Assembly: GCA_019636475.1 (NCBI GenBank)
Contig: JAHBXN010000007.1
Coordinates: forward strand, 231,564-255,563
Direction of reading: 5' to 3'
Length of the DNA: 24,000 nucleotides
DNA from: Phycisphaerae bacterium
GTDB lineage: Bacteria > Planctomycetota > Phycisphaerae > UBA1845 > UTPLA1
Shown in pieces: positions 1 through 9,381 of this stretch; the stretch's first letter is position 1, and each line of letters starts with the position of its first letter. The notes under the pieces are model-generated. The model made no database searches. It had not been told where the DNA came from and saw nothing but the letters and a program-made list of their open reading frames with translations. A program made the translations under genes and the position numbers.

Positions 1-1
1 A

Positions 2-544
2 ATGGAAGGCTACCAGGTCACCACGATCGAGGACGTCCTCTCCACTGCCGACATCTTCGTCACCACCACCGGTAACTGCGATGTCATCACCGCGGCGCAC
101 ATGTGCAAGATGAAGGCCGGCGCCATCGTCGGCAACATCGGCCACTTCGACAACGAAATCGACATGGCCGGCCTGAAGAAGATACCGGGCATCAAGAAGG
201 AGAACATCAAGCCCCAGGTTGACAAGTGGATCTTCGACGACGGCCGATGGATTCTCGTGCTTGCCGAGGGCCGACTGCTCAACCTCGGCTGCGCGACCGG
301 CCACCCGAGCTTCGTGATGAGCAGCAGTTTCACGAACCAGGTGATCGCACAAATCGAGCTGTTCCAGAATACCAACAAGTACGAGAAAAAAGTCTATGTG
401 CTGCCCAAGCACCTCGACGAAAAGGTCGCGCGGCTCCACCTCGCCCAACTCGGTGCGAAATTGACCAGGCTGACGCCCAAGCAGGCCGAATACCTTGGTA
501 TGTCGGTCGACGGTCCATACAAGCCGGAACATTACCGATACTGA
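2..544 (+). CDS. ahcY: Adenosylhomocysteinase (S-adenosyl-L-homocysteine hydrolase), C-terminal ~180 aa; the 5' end lies outside the window
   Basis: The translation carries AhcY C-terminal hallmarks: [32 protein letters not shown] and the terminal KPEHYRY. The frame is open to the window edge, so the ATG at 2 is internal. TGA stop at 542-544. Confidence 0.9.
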   Translation: MEGYQVTTIEDVLSTADIFVTTTGNCDVITAAHMCKMKAGAIVGNIGHFDNEIDMAGLKKIPGIKKENIKPQVDKWIFDDGRWILVLAEGRLLNLGCATGHPSFVMSSSFTNQVIAQIELFQNTNKYEKKVYVLPKHLDEKVARLHLAQLGAKLTRLTPKQAEYLGMSVDGPYKPEHYRY

Positions 545-634
545 TTTCGACTGGGTACGCGAGCAATGTTGCCAGGCTTTGGCATGTTTGGCTGAGACGC
601 TCGAATTTGCCAGGAAGCCATATCATGAAGTCAC

Positions 635-670
635 ACGGGCGGTCCAATCAGGCCGCCCGTTGTGCTTTTT
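635..670 (+). terminator. Rho-independent terminator candidate downstream of ahcY
   Basis: Perfect 8-bp GC-rich stem, ACGGGCGG (635-642) / CCGCCCGT (653-660), extendable by C644:G651 and a T643:G652 wobble. It is followed by TGTGCTTTTT (661-670) and lies about 90 nt after the ahcY stop. Confidence 0.55.
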
Positions 671-974
671 ACTTAGCCGACAAATGGAACGACACCTCCA
701 CGGGGATCGCTCTATGTCCCAATTCGGAGGGCGACCGTCATCCGCAAGCATCAAACCTGAAGCGACCTGTCCGCGAATGAAAGGCTTGGTCCGTCTTGAT
801 ATCGTCCCGCTTCAACGGTCCCTGCACGATGGACGCGACGAAACGGCTGCGCCTTGTGAATTTCGCTCGTTCCCTGCCGACGCGACGCCGCTCGTGATGC
901 TCGATCGCCGAACTCCGGTTATGATGCACGAAAGTTGAACGCTCACACCTGTCCGGCAAGGAGGCTGATCGCTA

Positions 975-3900
975 ATGCAGAAAGAACGCACGTCGCCTCA
1001 TGGTGTCCCGTTTCACGGCGGCCGTGCCAACCATCTCATTTCCGATCGATCCGGACCGAAGCTTCGATCGAACGACGGCGCCCAGGCTGAACGCATCGAT
1101 GACGAAGCGCCGTGCACGCGATTTGTACACCTCCACTGCCACACGCACTATAGCCTGCTCGATGGCGCAAACAGGATCGACGAACTCGTCAATCGCGCAA
1201 AGGAGCTGGATCAGCCAGCCGTCGCGATCACAGATCACGGCAACATGTTCGGCGTGATTGAGTTCTACAACACGGCTCGAAAGGCCGGCGTCAAGCCGAT
1301 CATCGGCCTCGAAGCCTATATCGCCCCGACGGACCGTCGCCTCCGCGAGACGGTCGTCGGCCCTGGTGGAAAGCAGGAATCGAACTACCACCTGCTGCTC
1401 CTCGCCGCGAACAACGCCGGCTACCGCAACCTGCTGAAGCTCACTTCCATCGCATACCGGGAGGGATTCTATTACAAGCCGCGCATCGATCGCGAAGTGC
1501 TTGAGGCCCACAGCGAGGGCCTGATCTGCACCAGCACCTGTCTGGGCGCCGAAATTCCTCAAGCATTGATGGCCCACAACCGCGCGGCGGCCGAGCGCAC
1601 AGCCGAATGGTATCTGCGCGTTTTCGGTCCGGAGCGATTCTTCATCGAATTGCAGGATCACGGCCTGAACGAGCAACGGATGATCAATCCGGAACTTGTC
1701 GATATCGCGAACCGGCTTGGTGTCGGATTAATCGCAACGAACGACGTGCACTACCTCCGCAAGGAAGATGCCGAACCACACGACGTGCTGCTTTGCATTT
1801 CGACGCGGGCGCTGCAAAGCGACAAGGAGCGCATGCGGTTTGATACCGACGAGTTCTACCTCAAGTCCGGTGCCGAAATGGCGGCATTGTTTCCCCAGCA
1901 CAACGAGGCGATCTCCAACACGCTGCGCATCGCCGAGATGTGCAATGTTGAGCTGGATTTCACAAAACGCTATACGCCCGTCTATCATCCGCCTGAAAAA
2001 CAATCACCCGAATCCTACCTTCGCGATCTCGTCTATCGCGGAGCGGCCGAACGCTACGGCAGCATCACACCCGAAATCAGCGAACGAATCGACTACGAAT
2101 TGGAAGTCATTCAGAGCAAGGGGTTCGCAAGCTACTTTCTCATCGTCTGGGATTTTGTGCACTACGCCCGCGCCAAAGGCGTCCCGGCCGGCGCGCGCGG
2201 CAGCGGCTGCTCGTCCGTCGTCGCCTATTGCCTGTATCTCTCCCAGCCCGACCCGATCCGCTATGGCCTGTACTTTGAGCGCTTCATGGATCCCGATCGC
2301 GATGAAATGCCCGATATCGACATCGATATCTGCCAGGACGCGCGAGAAGACGTCATTCGATATGTCCGCGAGAAGTACGGCCACGTCGCGCAAATCATTA
2401 CATTCGGCACGCTGAAAGCCAGAGCCGCCATCCGCGACGTCTGCCGAGTCATGGGTGTGCCGCTGGGCGATGCCGATCGGCTGGCAAAGCTGGTACCCGA
2501 AGAACTTAAGATGACGCTGGACAAGGCGCTGAGCCAGGAGCCGGAACTTCGCAGGTGGTACGACAGCGACGAAACCATCCGCCGCGTGATCGACATCGGA
2601 AAACGTGTCGAGGGTCTGGCACGACATGCAGGAGTCCATGCCGCAGGCGTCGTCATTGCCGAAGAACCTCTGGACAACCTCCTGCCGCTCTATCAACCAT
2701 CGAATTCAGATGCGGTCATCACCCAGTTCGAAGGGCCGACGGTCGAGAAAGTCGGCCTGCTCAAGATGGATTTCCTCGGCCTTCGAACCCTCAGCGTCCT
2801 TGCCCTGGCTTGCAAGCTCGTCGAACAGAACCACGGCACGAAGATAGACCTTGAACGACTCGATCTGACCGATCAGCGTGTCTATCGAATCTTCGCCTCC
2901 GGCGAGACCAAGGGCGTATTCCAGTTCGAATCCGGCGGCATGCGCGACGTCCTCATGAAGATGCGCCCGAACCGTATCGAGGACCTCATCGCGGCCAATG
3001 CGCTCTACCGACCCGGACCGATGGTCAACATCGATGCCTACGTCGCTCGCAAGCACGGCGAATCATGGAAAACGCCCCACGAAATCATGGACGGAGTGCT
3101 CGAGGAGACCTACGGCATCATCGTCTATCAGGAGCAGGTTGCCCGTCTCGCGATTCAGCTCGGTGGAATCGAACGCAAGCGAGCCTTCCGCCTCGCCAAA
3201 GCCATCAGCAAAAAGAAAACCGACATGATCGAGGCCGAACGAGGCCCGTTTGTCGAAGGCTGCGCGAAGAACGGTCTGAGAAAGCAGGTCGCCGAGGAGA
3301 TATTCAACCAGATTCTGCCTTTCGGCGAATACGCGTTCAACAAAGCGCACTCGACGGGCTACGCCCTGGTCGCGTTTCAGACCGCCTTTGTAAAGGCCTA
3401 TTACCCGCTCGAATTCATGGCATCCCTGCTGACGTACGAAATGGGCGACACCGAGAAAGTCGTCGATTACATTGATGAGTGCCGCAGACTCGGCATCGAG
3501 GTGCTCCCGCCCGACATCAATTCGAGTCATGTCGATTTCACCGCCCTGCCCGGCGCAGACAGCGGCGCAGGCTGCATTCGCTTCGGCCTGGCTGCAATCA
3601 AAGGTGTCGGCGCCAAGGCGGTGCGAAGCGTGGTGGAGGAGCGAGCCGCCGGCGGGCCCTTCCGCGATCTGTACGAGTTCTGCGAGCGCGTCGATGCCTC
3701 GAATGTCAACCGTGGCACACTCGAAGCCATGATCAAGGCAGGCGCCTTCGACTCGACAGGTGCAATGCGAAAGGCACTGATCAGCGTACTGGATAGCGCC
3801 ATGCACATGGGCTCCGAGCACCAACGCGACCGTGCCTCAGGCCAAATGACCATGTTCGGCGGCGATTTCGTGGGTGGCGACGACGGGGCGCAGCGAACCA

Positions 3901-4625
3901 TCGGCGCCGAGGAATGGCTGGAATCCGAGATGCTCGCCCATGAAAAATCCGTACTCGGATTCTATGTAACCAAGCACCCGCTTACATCGCACGCAGAACA
4001 TCTCAAGCAATTCTCAACATGCACTTGCAGGCAGATCGGCGCCTTCAGCGAGGGCGTTCAGATCGTGCTCGGCGGGATGATTTCGAAAGTGCGCATGGTT
4101 CCGACCAAGGCCGGCCGAAATCCCGGATCCAAGCTGGCCGTGCTTACCTTCGAGGACCTAAGCGGTTCCATCGAAGCGGTCGTCTTCAGCGAACAGTTGG
4201 ACAGATTTCGCGGACTGGTCGCGCCGGATCGGGTCGTGTTTCTGCGAGGAACGGTCGACAAGAAACGCGAGGAGCCTTCGCTGCGTGTCAACGAGATTCT
4301 CGCCTTCGAGGATGCCACCGAGAAGCTGGCCGATGCACTGATCTTCCGCGTACGATCCTCCTCGATCGATGGAGTCACGCTCGGGCGATTGAAAGAGGTC
4401 TGCGCCGACCACCGCGGCAGCAAGCCGTTCTTCATCTCCATCGAGCGACCGGGCGCAATCAGCGCCCTCGTCCGCTGCGATAGCGCGAACCGCGTGCGCC
4501 CCAGTGAGGCGTTCAAGGTCGCCGTTGAATCGCTGCTCGGCGAAGGCGCATACGACATCATTGGAAGCAAGGCCGCTCCGGTCGCCGCGACACCAAAACC
4601 GTGGGCCAGGCGTTCGCGGACTTGA
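975..4625 (+). CDS. dnaE: DNA polymerase III alpha subunit (1216 aa)
   Basis: N-terminal PHP domain (FVHLHCHTHYSLLDGA, ITDHGNMFG). Pol III alpha core motifs GSGCSSVVAYCLYLSQPDP, PDIDIDIC, HAAGVVI, IVYQEQV and FNKAHSTGYAL, plus an OB-fold-type C-terminus. AAGGAGG at 958-964 lies 10 nt upstream of the ATG at 975. There is no other in-frame ATG/GTG/TTG before the PHP motif, so the ~45-aa N-terminal extension appears real. Confidence 0.95.
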   Translation: MQKERTSPHGVPFHGGRANHLISDRSGPKLRSNDGAQAERIDDEAPCTRFVHLHCHTHYSLLDGANRIDELVNRAKELDQPAVAITDHGNMFGVIEFYNTARKAGVKPIIGLEAYIAPTDRRLRETVVGPGGKQESNYHLLLLAANNAGYRNLLKLTSIAYREGFYYKPRIDREVLEAHSEGLICTSTCLGAEIPQALMAHNRAAAERTAEWYLRVFGPERFFIELQDHGLNEQRMINPELVDIANRLGVGLIATNDVHYLRKEDAEPHDVLLCISTRALQSDKERMRFDTDEFYLKSGAEMAALFPQHNEAISNTLRIAEMCNVELDFTKRYTPVYHPPEKQSPESYLRDLVYRGAAERYGSITPEISERIDYELEVIQSKGFASYFLIVWDFVHYARAKGVPAGARGSGCSSVVAYCLYLSQPDPIRYGLYFERFMDPDRDEMPDIDIDICQDAREDVIRYVREKYGHVAQIITFGTLKARAAIRDVCRVMGVPLGDADRLAKLVPEELKMTLDKALSQEPELRRWYDSDETIRRVIDIGKRVEGLARHAGVHAAGVVIAEEPLDNLLPLYQPSNSDAVITQFEGPTVEKVGLLKMDFLGLRTLSVLALACKLVEQNHGTKIDLERLDLTDQRVYRIFASGETKGVFQFESGGMRDVLMKMRPNRIEDLIAANALYRPGPMVNIDAYVARKHGESWKTPHEIMDGVLEETYGIIVYQEQVARLAIQLGGIERKRAFRLAKAISKKKTDMIEAERGPFVEGCAKNGLRKQVAEEIFNQILPFGEYAFNKAHSTGYALVAFQTAFVKAYYPLEFMASLLTYEMGDTEKVVDYIDECRRLGIEVLPPDINSSHVDFTALPGADSGAGCIRFGLAAIKGVGAKAVRSVVEERAAGGPFRDLYEFCERVDASNVNRGTLEAMIKAGAFDSTGAMRKALISVLDSAMHMGSEHQRDRASGQMTMFGGDFVGGDDGAQRTIGAEEWLESEMLAHEKSVLGFYVTKHPLTSHAEHLKQFSTCTCRQIGAFSEGVQIVLGGMISKVRMVPTKAGRNPGSKLAVLTFEDLSGSIEAVVFSEQLDRFRGLVAPDRVVFLRGTVDKKREEPSLRVNEILAFEDATEKLADALIFRVRSSSIDGVTLGRLKEVCADHRGSKPFFISIERPGAISALVRCDSANRVRPSEAFKVAVESLLGEGAYDIIGSKAAPVAATPKPWARRSRT

Positions 4626-4662
4626 TGCACGCTTGAGTGGGACACGATTGTTGCTGCGCGAA

Positions 4663-5289
4663 CTATGACTGCGCCGTATGCCCCTGCATGTCGCTCCATT
4701 GCAGAAAAATCATGATGGACGAAAACGCCAAAGCCGCCGCCGGCGTCACCAGCACGAAACTGCCGGCAAACGAATTCAGCATCTGCCCGATGAAATTGGT
4801 GTGATTCGCGGCGAGAATGGACATCGCTCCGACGCACAGCCAACCGCCGTGCAATCCGGTCACGACAACGGTCGTCTGCCGCGACAGCGAAACCGCAAGG
4901 CCCATCGCAAACGCCCCGCCGATGAATCCGAGGATCGCGAGCACGACAAACGGCAGATCGGAATCAAGCAGAAAAAGCTGCACCGAAACAAAGCCCGCCA
5001 ACCCCGCCATCGCCACCGTCGCCACTCGCGGAAATCGCCACGCTAGCAGCGGTAAAAGCAACGCCATCATCAATGCCACCGACATGGTCGATTCATCCCC
5101 GCCAATCCAGGGAACGCCCCCACGCCGGGAAAACCAGAGTGCGCACATGCCTGCGACCGCCAGCGCATCCACGATCACCAGGAAGCGTACGAGTCGCCAC
5201 CCGAAGAGACCGTAGATCAAGCCGGCAAGAATAAATAGAACGGCCGCACTCTCGTCGAGTCCGGCCAGCAGACCGGTTAAAACATCCAT
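4663..5289 (-). CDS. Polytopic (~7 TM) membrane protein of unknown function; apparent paralogue of the gene at 5446-6285
   Basis: Seven hydrophobic segments can be read from the translation. The ATG at 5289 is preceded by GGGGGGAG 6 nt upstream, so I prefer it to the GTG at 5331 used by the ORF track. The TM1-loop-TM2 motif AGLIyglfGwRlvR resembles the DUF4203/TMEM198-type pattern; that assignment is from memory and needs an HMM check. Confidence 0.6.
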   Translation of the reverse strand: MDVLTGLLAGLDESAAVLFILAGLIYGLFGWRLVRFLVIVDALAVAGMCALWFSRRGGVPWIGGDESTMSVALMMALLLPLLAWRFPRVATVAMAGLAGFVSVQLFLLDSDLPFVVLAILGFIGGAFAMGLAVSLSRQTTVVVTGLHGGWLCVGAMSILAANHTNFIGQMLNSFAGSFVLVTPAAALAFSSIMIFLQWSDMQGHTAQS

Positions 5290-5445
5290 CTGTTGCTCCC
5301 CCCATGACAGAATCGACGTCAGTCCGACCACGTGGAGCGGCTCGAACGAACGCCCTGATTGTGGCCGTTGCCCATCGCAACTTCCCCCGCGGATTCCGCA
5401 GCCGCGGTGCCGAAGCAGAGTCGCGATGTAATTCCGATTTGAAGT

Positions 5446-6285
5446 TTACGATTTGGCGGGTTCGCGGGGAGCAGGGCTCTCCGCTTTTTTCGGAAACCGG
5501 GCGTCTTTGGCCTGAAAGACCAGTCCGAGAAGCCAGATGCCCAGCGCAACAGCCGCGGGGTATTGCGGCTGCGCGAATAGAGAATTGCGGACCTCGTGCC
5601 AATGCGCGCAGAGAATCGTCGACCCACCGATCACCGCGATGTGAGCCCCGATAAATCCAAGCCAGATTACGGCAAACGCCCGCAGTGCCCAATAAGCAAA
5701 AACGCCACCGACAATCGCGGCGCAAACAGGCAGAATCCAGCCGCTCAGGCCGAATTGCTTCAGCTCGGCACTGACCCGCTCTCCGACGAACTTCAACTGA
5801 TCGCGCCAATCACTGCTGGTATTCCTCGCCTGTTGTTCCGGAGTCGGCAGGGTGATTCTGCCACTGACCACCGCCGCCTGACGCTCTGAGGGCACCAGGT
5901 TCTTCAGACGCTCCGGCTGAATGAGCTGAAAAGCCACGGCAATCATGAAGAGAACGAACACGCTGCCCGCGGCCAGCCACATCTTGTAAGACTTGAAACC
6001 AATCGCCGCCAGCGCCAAACCGCCGACTGCGGCAGTAAACGGCACCGGCAGATTCAGCGCGGTGGACAGGAAATACCCGATCCATCCGCCAAGTACCAGT
6101 GCAAATGCCGTCACGACGATGCGCTCGAACTTGCCTCCTCGGAATACCAGAATCAGCCCGGCCACAACCGCGACAAGTCCGCCCACATTCACCGCGGGCG
6201 TACTTTCCACAGGCGGCACATAGTGTTCCAACACTTGCCGAAACTTCTCGATCCAGACGACCTGATTGATTTCCGCGAATATCAT
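5446..6285 (-). CDS. Polytopic (~7 TM) membrane protein of unknown function with a ~60-aa soluble loop between TM4 and TM5
   Basis: Four N-terminal and three C-terminal hydrophobic helices. The TM1-TM2 motif AGLILVFRGGKFERIVV aligns with the downstream paralogue. The first ATG is at 6285; the ORF-track start at 6297 is a TTG, and neither has a clear SD. Same strand as the dcw cluster, directly after the ftsQ-like gene. Confidence 0.6.
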   Translation of the reverse strand: MIFAEINQVVWIEKFRQVLEHYVPPVESTPAVNVGGLVAVVAGLILVFRGGKFERIVVTAFALVLGGWIGYFLSTALNLPVPFTAAVGGLALAAIGFKSYKMWLAAGSVFVLFMIAVAFQLIQPERLKNLVPSERQAAVVSGRITLPTPEQQARNTSSDWRDQLKFVGERVSAELKQFGLSGWILPVCAAIVGGVFAYWALRAFAVIWLGFIGAHIAVIGGSTILCAHWHEVRNSLFAQPQYPAAVALGIWLLGLVFQAKDARFPKKAESPAPREPAKS

Positions 6286-6473
6286 GGCAGATGCCAATTC
6301 GTCCGAATTCCGGACCCCGCAGATTTTGCCGGCCCGCCGAGTCGCCTATCTTCCCAACGAAAGCTTAGTCGTCCATTCACGCCATGACCAGCGAAGCGCG
6401 CGCCAGGCCGGAGCGCTTCCGGATGCCCTCTGAGCCCATGCTTCGCCGCCAAAGTCGATCTGAAAGTGTTGTA

Positions 6474-7415
6474 CTAGGACGATTTGTGTTCTTTCGCGAT
6501 CGACACAGACGTCGGATGCGTGCGAACATCAACGTATGCCCGATTTAGATCAATTCGCCCGTGCTCGCGATAGAGCCAGTCGAGCAGCGCAAGCTTTTGT
6601 TCGGTCGTGGTTTCAGTTCCGTTTTCCTGATTCGGCGCCAGCCCCCACCAGATCCGCGAGCCCGGACGAGTCGTCGCCAGTTCAATTCCGGGGCGCTTGC
6701 GGTCTACCCGACCTGAGTAATTGCTGACGATGATCCGATCAACCTGATCGCGAAACGCCCGACCCGAAATCAATCCGGCAAGGCGCAGACCGGACTGAAG
6801 ATCATCTCCGATCCACTGATGGCCCACCGACGGCGGCGTCTGTTTCACACCGCTGATCAGGAGCAGCTTGCTCGTCGTGCAGTCTTCCGGCCGATACCAG
6901 CCCGGCAGCAGAAAGCCATCCTGATCGACCAGATAACAGGCCTCACCGTGTTGAACATACGCGGCAGGCTCTCGAAATGTGCATTTGATCGCGACTGTCC
7001 CGTCCGGACGGACCGTTACCCGATCAACCGATCGGACCCAGCCGATGGACGGCTCGGCAAGCGAACCACCAACCCGGGCCGCAAGCCCCGCATCAAGGAT
7101 GCGGTCGGTCGGGCGGAGATCGATTCGGCTCTGAATTGAATCGAGGATATGACGATTGTCCGGTCGTCGAAGAAAATCAGGCAAATCCTGCCACTCGATG
7201 GCGAGCACGAACTTGTCGTACTTCGCCATACCGTGCACATGGTTTTCGAGATAGCCCAGAACGCGCGTGGTGCAAAAAGCCGCCAGCACGAACAAGCCCG
7301 CATAGGCCACCACGCGCGCGGTACGCGGGTGGCGGAGCCACATCGGATTGGACAGCCATTCGGGCATCTTGAACTCGAATGGGATGATCGCTTTTTTCTT
7401 GCTTTTCTTTGCCAA
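6474..7415 (-). CDS. ftsQ: FtsQ/DivIB-like cell-division protein (bitopic, with a POTRA-like domain)
   Basis: Lys-rich N-terminus, a single TM (VVAYAGLFVLAAFCTT), then a POTRA-like stretch (VRSVDRVTVRPDGTVAIKCTFREPAAYVQHGEACYLVDQDGFLLPG). It sits immediately after ddl, the canonical ftsQ position. The start is uncertain: TTG at 7415 or ATG at 7367, neither with an SD. Confidence 0.65.
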   Translation of the reverse strand: MAKKSKKKAIIPFEFKMPEWLSNPMWLRHPRTARVVAYAGLFVLAAFCTTRVLGYLENHVHGMAKYDKFVLAIEWQDLPDFLRRPDNRHILDSIQSRIDLRPTDRILDAGLAARVGGSLAEPSIGWVRSVDRVTVRPDGTVAIKCTFREPAAYVQHGEACYLVDQDGFLLPGWYRPEDCTTSKLLLISGVKQTPPSVGHQWIGDDLQSGLRLAGLISGRAFRDQVDRIIVSNYSGRVDRKRPGIELATTRPGSRIWWGLAPNQENGTETTTEQKLALLDWLYREHGRIDLNRAYVDVRTHPTSVSIAKEHKSS

Positions 7416-7469
7416 TTGTCGCTGCGTTGTCTGACCGTCTGACCAACTCGGATCGCCGACCCACGCTAA

Positions 7470-8435
7470 TTAACGCCGCGCGATCGCCATGTCCACAATT
7501 TTCCTGCATAACGTCGGCATGTCATGGCCCACTCGCGCTGCCGCTTTGGGCAACAGTGAGTGGGAGGTGAGGCCCGGAATGACATTGACCTCCAGAGCGT
7601 ATGCCAAACCCGACTGCGGATCGACGCGCCAATCCACCCTGGAGAAATCCCGGCATCCCAGGGCTCGATGCGCAAGAAGGCTCTGCTCCTGAATTTGCGC
7701 TAGCAGCGGCGCCGGCAGATCGATATCAAACAAGTACTCCGTATCTTCATCGACATATTTGGCCTGGTAATCATAAAAATCGCGTGCCGTGCGAATCTCG
7801 ATGGGTGGCAGCGCCTCGTCCCCCAGAATGCCGACTGTCAGCTCCTTGCCGGGAATATACTCCTCGACGAGCGCCTCACCGTATTTCTCAATCACCAGGT
7901 CCAATGCCGGACGAAATTGCGTAAAATCCCGAACTATGAAGCAAAAAAGGCTGCTTCCTTCGCGTCGCGGCTTCACCACCACCGGCAGGCTCCATGCCGC
8001 CATCGCGGAGGGAATCGTACTCGGCGTGGCCAGCGTGAATCGAGGCGTCGGAACTCCGGCCTCGATGAATCGCTCCTTTGAAGCGACCTTGTCCGCCGCC
8101 AACTCGCAAGCATCCGGATCGGAGCCGGAATAGGCCAGGCGGCGATTCTCCAGAATCCGCTGCACCTCGCCGTCCTCGCCGAACTGGCCATGAAGCGCGA
8201 CAAAAACGCAGTCCACTTCGCGAGCCAGCGCCGCCAGATTGCCGGGATTGATGTCTTCGAGGTGAACCGAATAACCAAGCTCGCCGAGCGCGGCCGCCAC
8301 ATTTTTGCCGCTTTCGAGACTTACGCTCCTCTCGCCGCTCGGTCCACCGGCGAGAACGGTCACCGCCAGCTTCCGGTTGGTGTCGTGCTTGAAGAGTTTT
8401 CGCTTGAGATTCTGAAGTTGCTTGGCGATGGCCAC
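7470..8435 (-). CDS. ddl: D-alanine--D-alanine ligase
   Basis: Motifs: AVTVLAGGPSGERSVSLESG, ALHGQFGEDGEVQ, the ATP-grasp VVKPRREGSS, and EVNVIPGLTSHSL. AGGAGG (8442-8447) abuts the GTG at 8441 with no spacing but lies 6 nt from the next in-frame GTG at 8435, which I therefore prefer. The ORF-track start is 8441. Confidence 0.9.
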   Translation of the reverse strand: MAIAKQLQNLKRKLFKHDTNRKLAVTVLAGGPSGERSVSLESGKNVAAALGELGYSVHLEDINPGNLAALAREVDCVFVALHGQFGEDGEVQRILENRRLAYSGSDPDACELAADKVASKERFIEAGVPTPRFTLATPSTIPSAMAAWSLPVVVKPRREGSSLFCFIVRDFTQFRPALDLVIEKYGEALVEEYIPGKELTVGILGDEALPPIEIRTARDFYDYQAKYVDEDTEYLFDIDLPAPLLAQIQEQSLLAHRALGCRDFSRVDWRVDPQSGLAYALEVNVIPGLTSHSLLPKAAARVGHDMPTLCRKIVDMAIARR

Positions 8436-8496
8436 CGGCACCCTCCTGCGACGACCGGACGAGCCGAACCATCCGGCCCGATTCCGAATCGACGAC

Positions 8497-9381
8497 CTAC
8501 CAGATCTTCACTTCCGGTTCGAGCATGATCCCACTGTGCGCTGCAACCCGATCAATAATTGTGCTGATGAGTTCCCGGACATCGGACGCGCGACCACCGC
8601 GGTCGGCGATCGCAAAATTCGCATGGCGCTCCGAAACAAACGCGCTGCCCACGCGATACCCCTTTAGTCCGGCTCGATCGATCAATTGTCCGGCCGAATG
8701 CCCCGACGGATTTCGAAAGATGCATCCGGCGCTCGGCGCGCCCAATGCCGGTTGCGTTGATTGCTTATATTCCCAGATTTCGCGCCACCGTGTTCGCAAG
8801 GCGACCGGATCGGTCGGTACGAGCCGGAACGCCGCGCTGAGGACGATGTCGGACCCGACCGCCGAGTGGCGATAGGCGAACTTCAGTTCATCCTTCGTAC
8901 GCGATCGCACGAGGCCGTCCCCGTCAACCACGCGGACCCGCACGACCGCCGACGCAATCTCGCCGTATCGGCCGCCGCAATTCATGGTAATACCGCCGCC
9001 GACGGTGCCGGGAATGCCGGCCAGTTGTTCGAGGCCCGCCAACCCGCCACCGACACAGGCGTTGACCAGTTTCGACATGTCGTGTCCCCCGCCGGCAATG
9101 ACATGCTCGCCCTCGAAAACCGCACGGGACAATTCGCCCTTCGTCAGCCGAATGACGACGCCCCGGACGCCCTCGTCCGGCACGAGAATGTTGGCCCCCA
9201 GCCCGAGCACCCGAAGAGCGGTGCCTGATTCATGGCATCGTCGCACGACGGTGACAAGTTGTGCCTCGGTGCGCGGCTCGATGAGATAGTCCGCCGGCCC
9301 GCCGAGTTGAAACCACGTCAACGGCGCCAATGGAACATTTTGACGGCATACGCCGTCAGGCAAGTCGCTGAACAAGTTCAT
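8497..9381 (-). CDS. murB: UDP-N-acetylenolpyruvoylglucosamine reductase
   Basis: FAD-binding region (LGLGANILV), PSAGCIFRNPSGHSAGQLID and SERHANFAIADRGGRASD. The ATG at 9381 (or TTG at 9387) overlaps the end of murC by ~26 nt, which suggests translational coupling. Confidence 0.9.
   Translation of the reverse strand: MNLFSDLPDGVCRQNVPLAPLTWFQLGGPADYLIEPRTEAQLVTVVRRCHESGTALRVLGLGANILVPDEGVRGVVIRLTKGELSRAVFEGEHVIAGGGHDMSKLVNACVGGGLAGLEQLAGIPGTVGGGITMNCGGRYGEIASAVVRVRVVDGDGLVRSRTKDELKFAYRHSAVGSDIVLSAAFRLVPTDPVALRTRWREIWEYKQSTQPALGAPSAGCIFRNPSGHSAGQLIDRAGLKGYRVGSAFVSERHANFAIADRGGRASDVRELISTIIDRVAAHSGIMLEPEVKIW

Noticed and set aside
913-923. TATGATGCACG 11-mer shared between the dnaE upstream region (~913-923, + strand) and the ftsL upstream region (~20783-20793, - strand).
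   Set aside because: An 11-nt match is expected by chance at this window size, even when restricted to intergenic DNA. Neither copy has a suitably spaced -35 element.
545-974. Possible small gene or ncRNA in the ahcY-dnaE spacer (ORFs 495-938 on + and 738-959 on -).
   Set aside because: The + ORF overlaps the ahcY 3' end and reads through the terminator hairpin. The - ORF is Arg-rich and has no RBS. I saw no tRNA-like cloverleaf or T-loop (GTTCGAATC-type) sequence and no convincing sigma-70 promoter.
972-2696. Long - strand ORFs (972-1676, 234 aa; 2004-2696, 230 aa) antisense to dnaE.
   Set aside because: These are shadow ORFs typical of GC-rich DNA. Their translations are Arg/Ala/Val-rich with no recognisable motifs, and they lie fully within a gene with unambiguous DnaE homology.
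5093-5809. 238-aa - strand ORF spanning the junction of the two 7-TM genes.
   Set aside because: It is out of frame with, and overlaps, both membrane-protein ORFs. Its translation is Arg-rich (RRRAGQCRAE...) with no structure, whereas the TM-protein frames give coherent hydrophobic helices.
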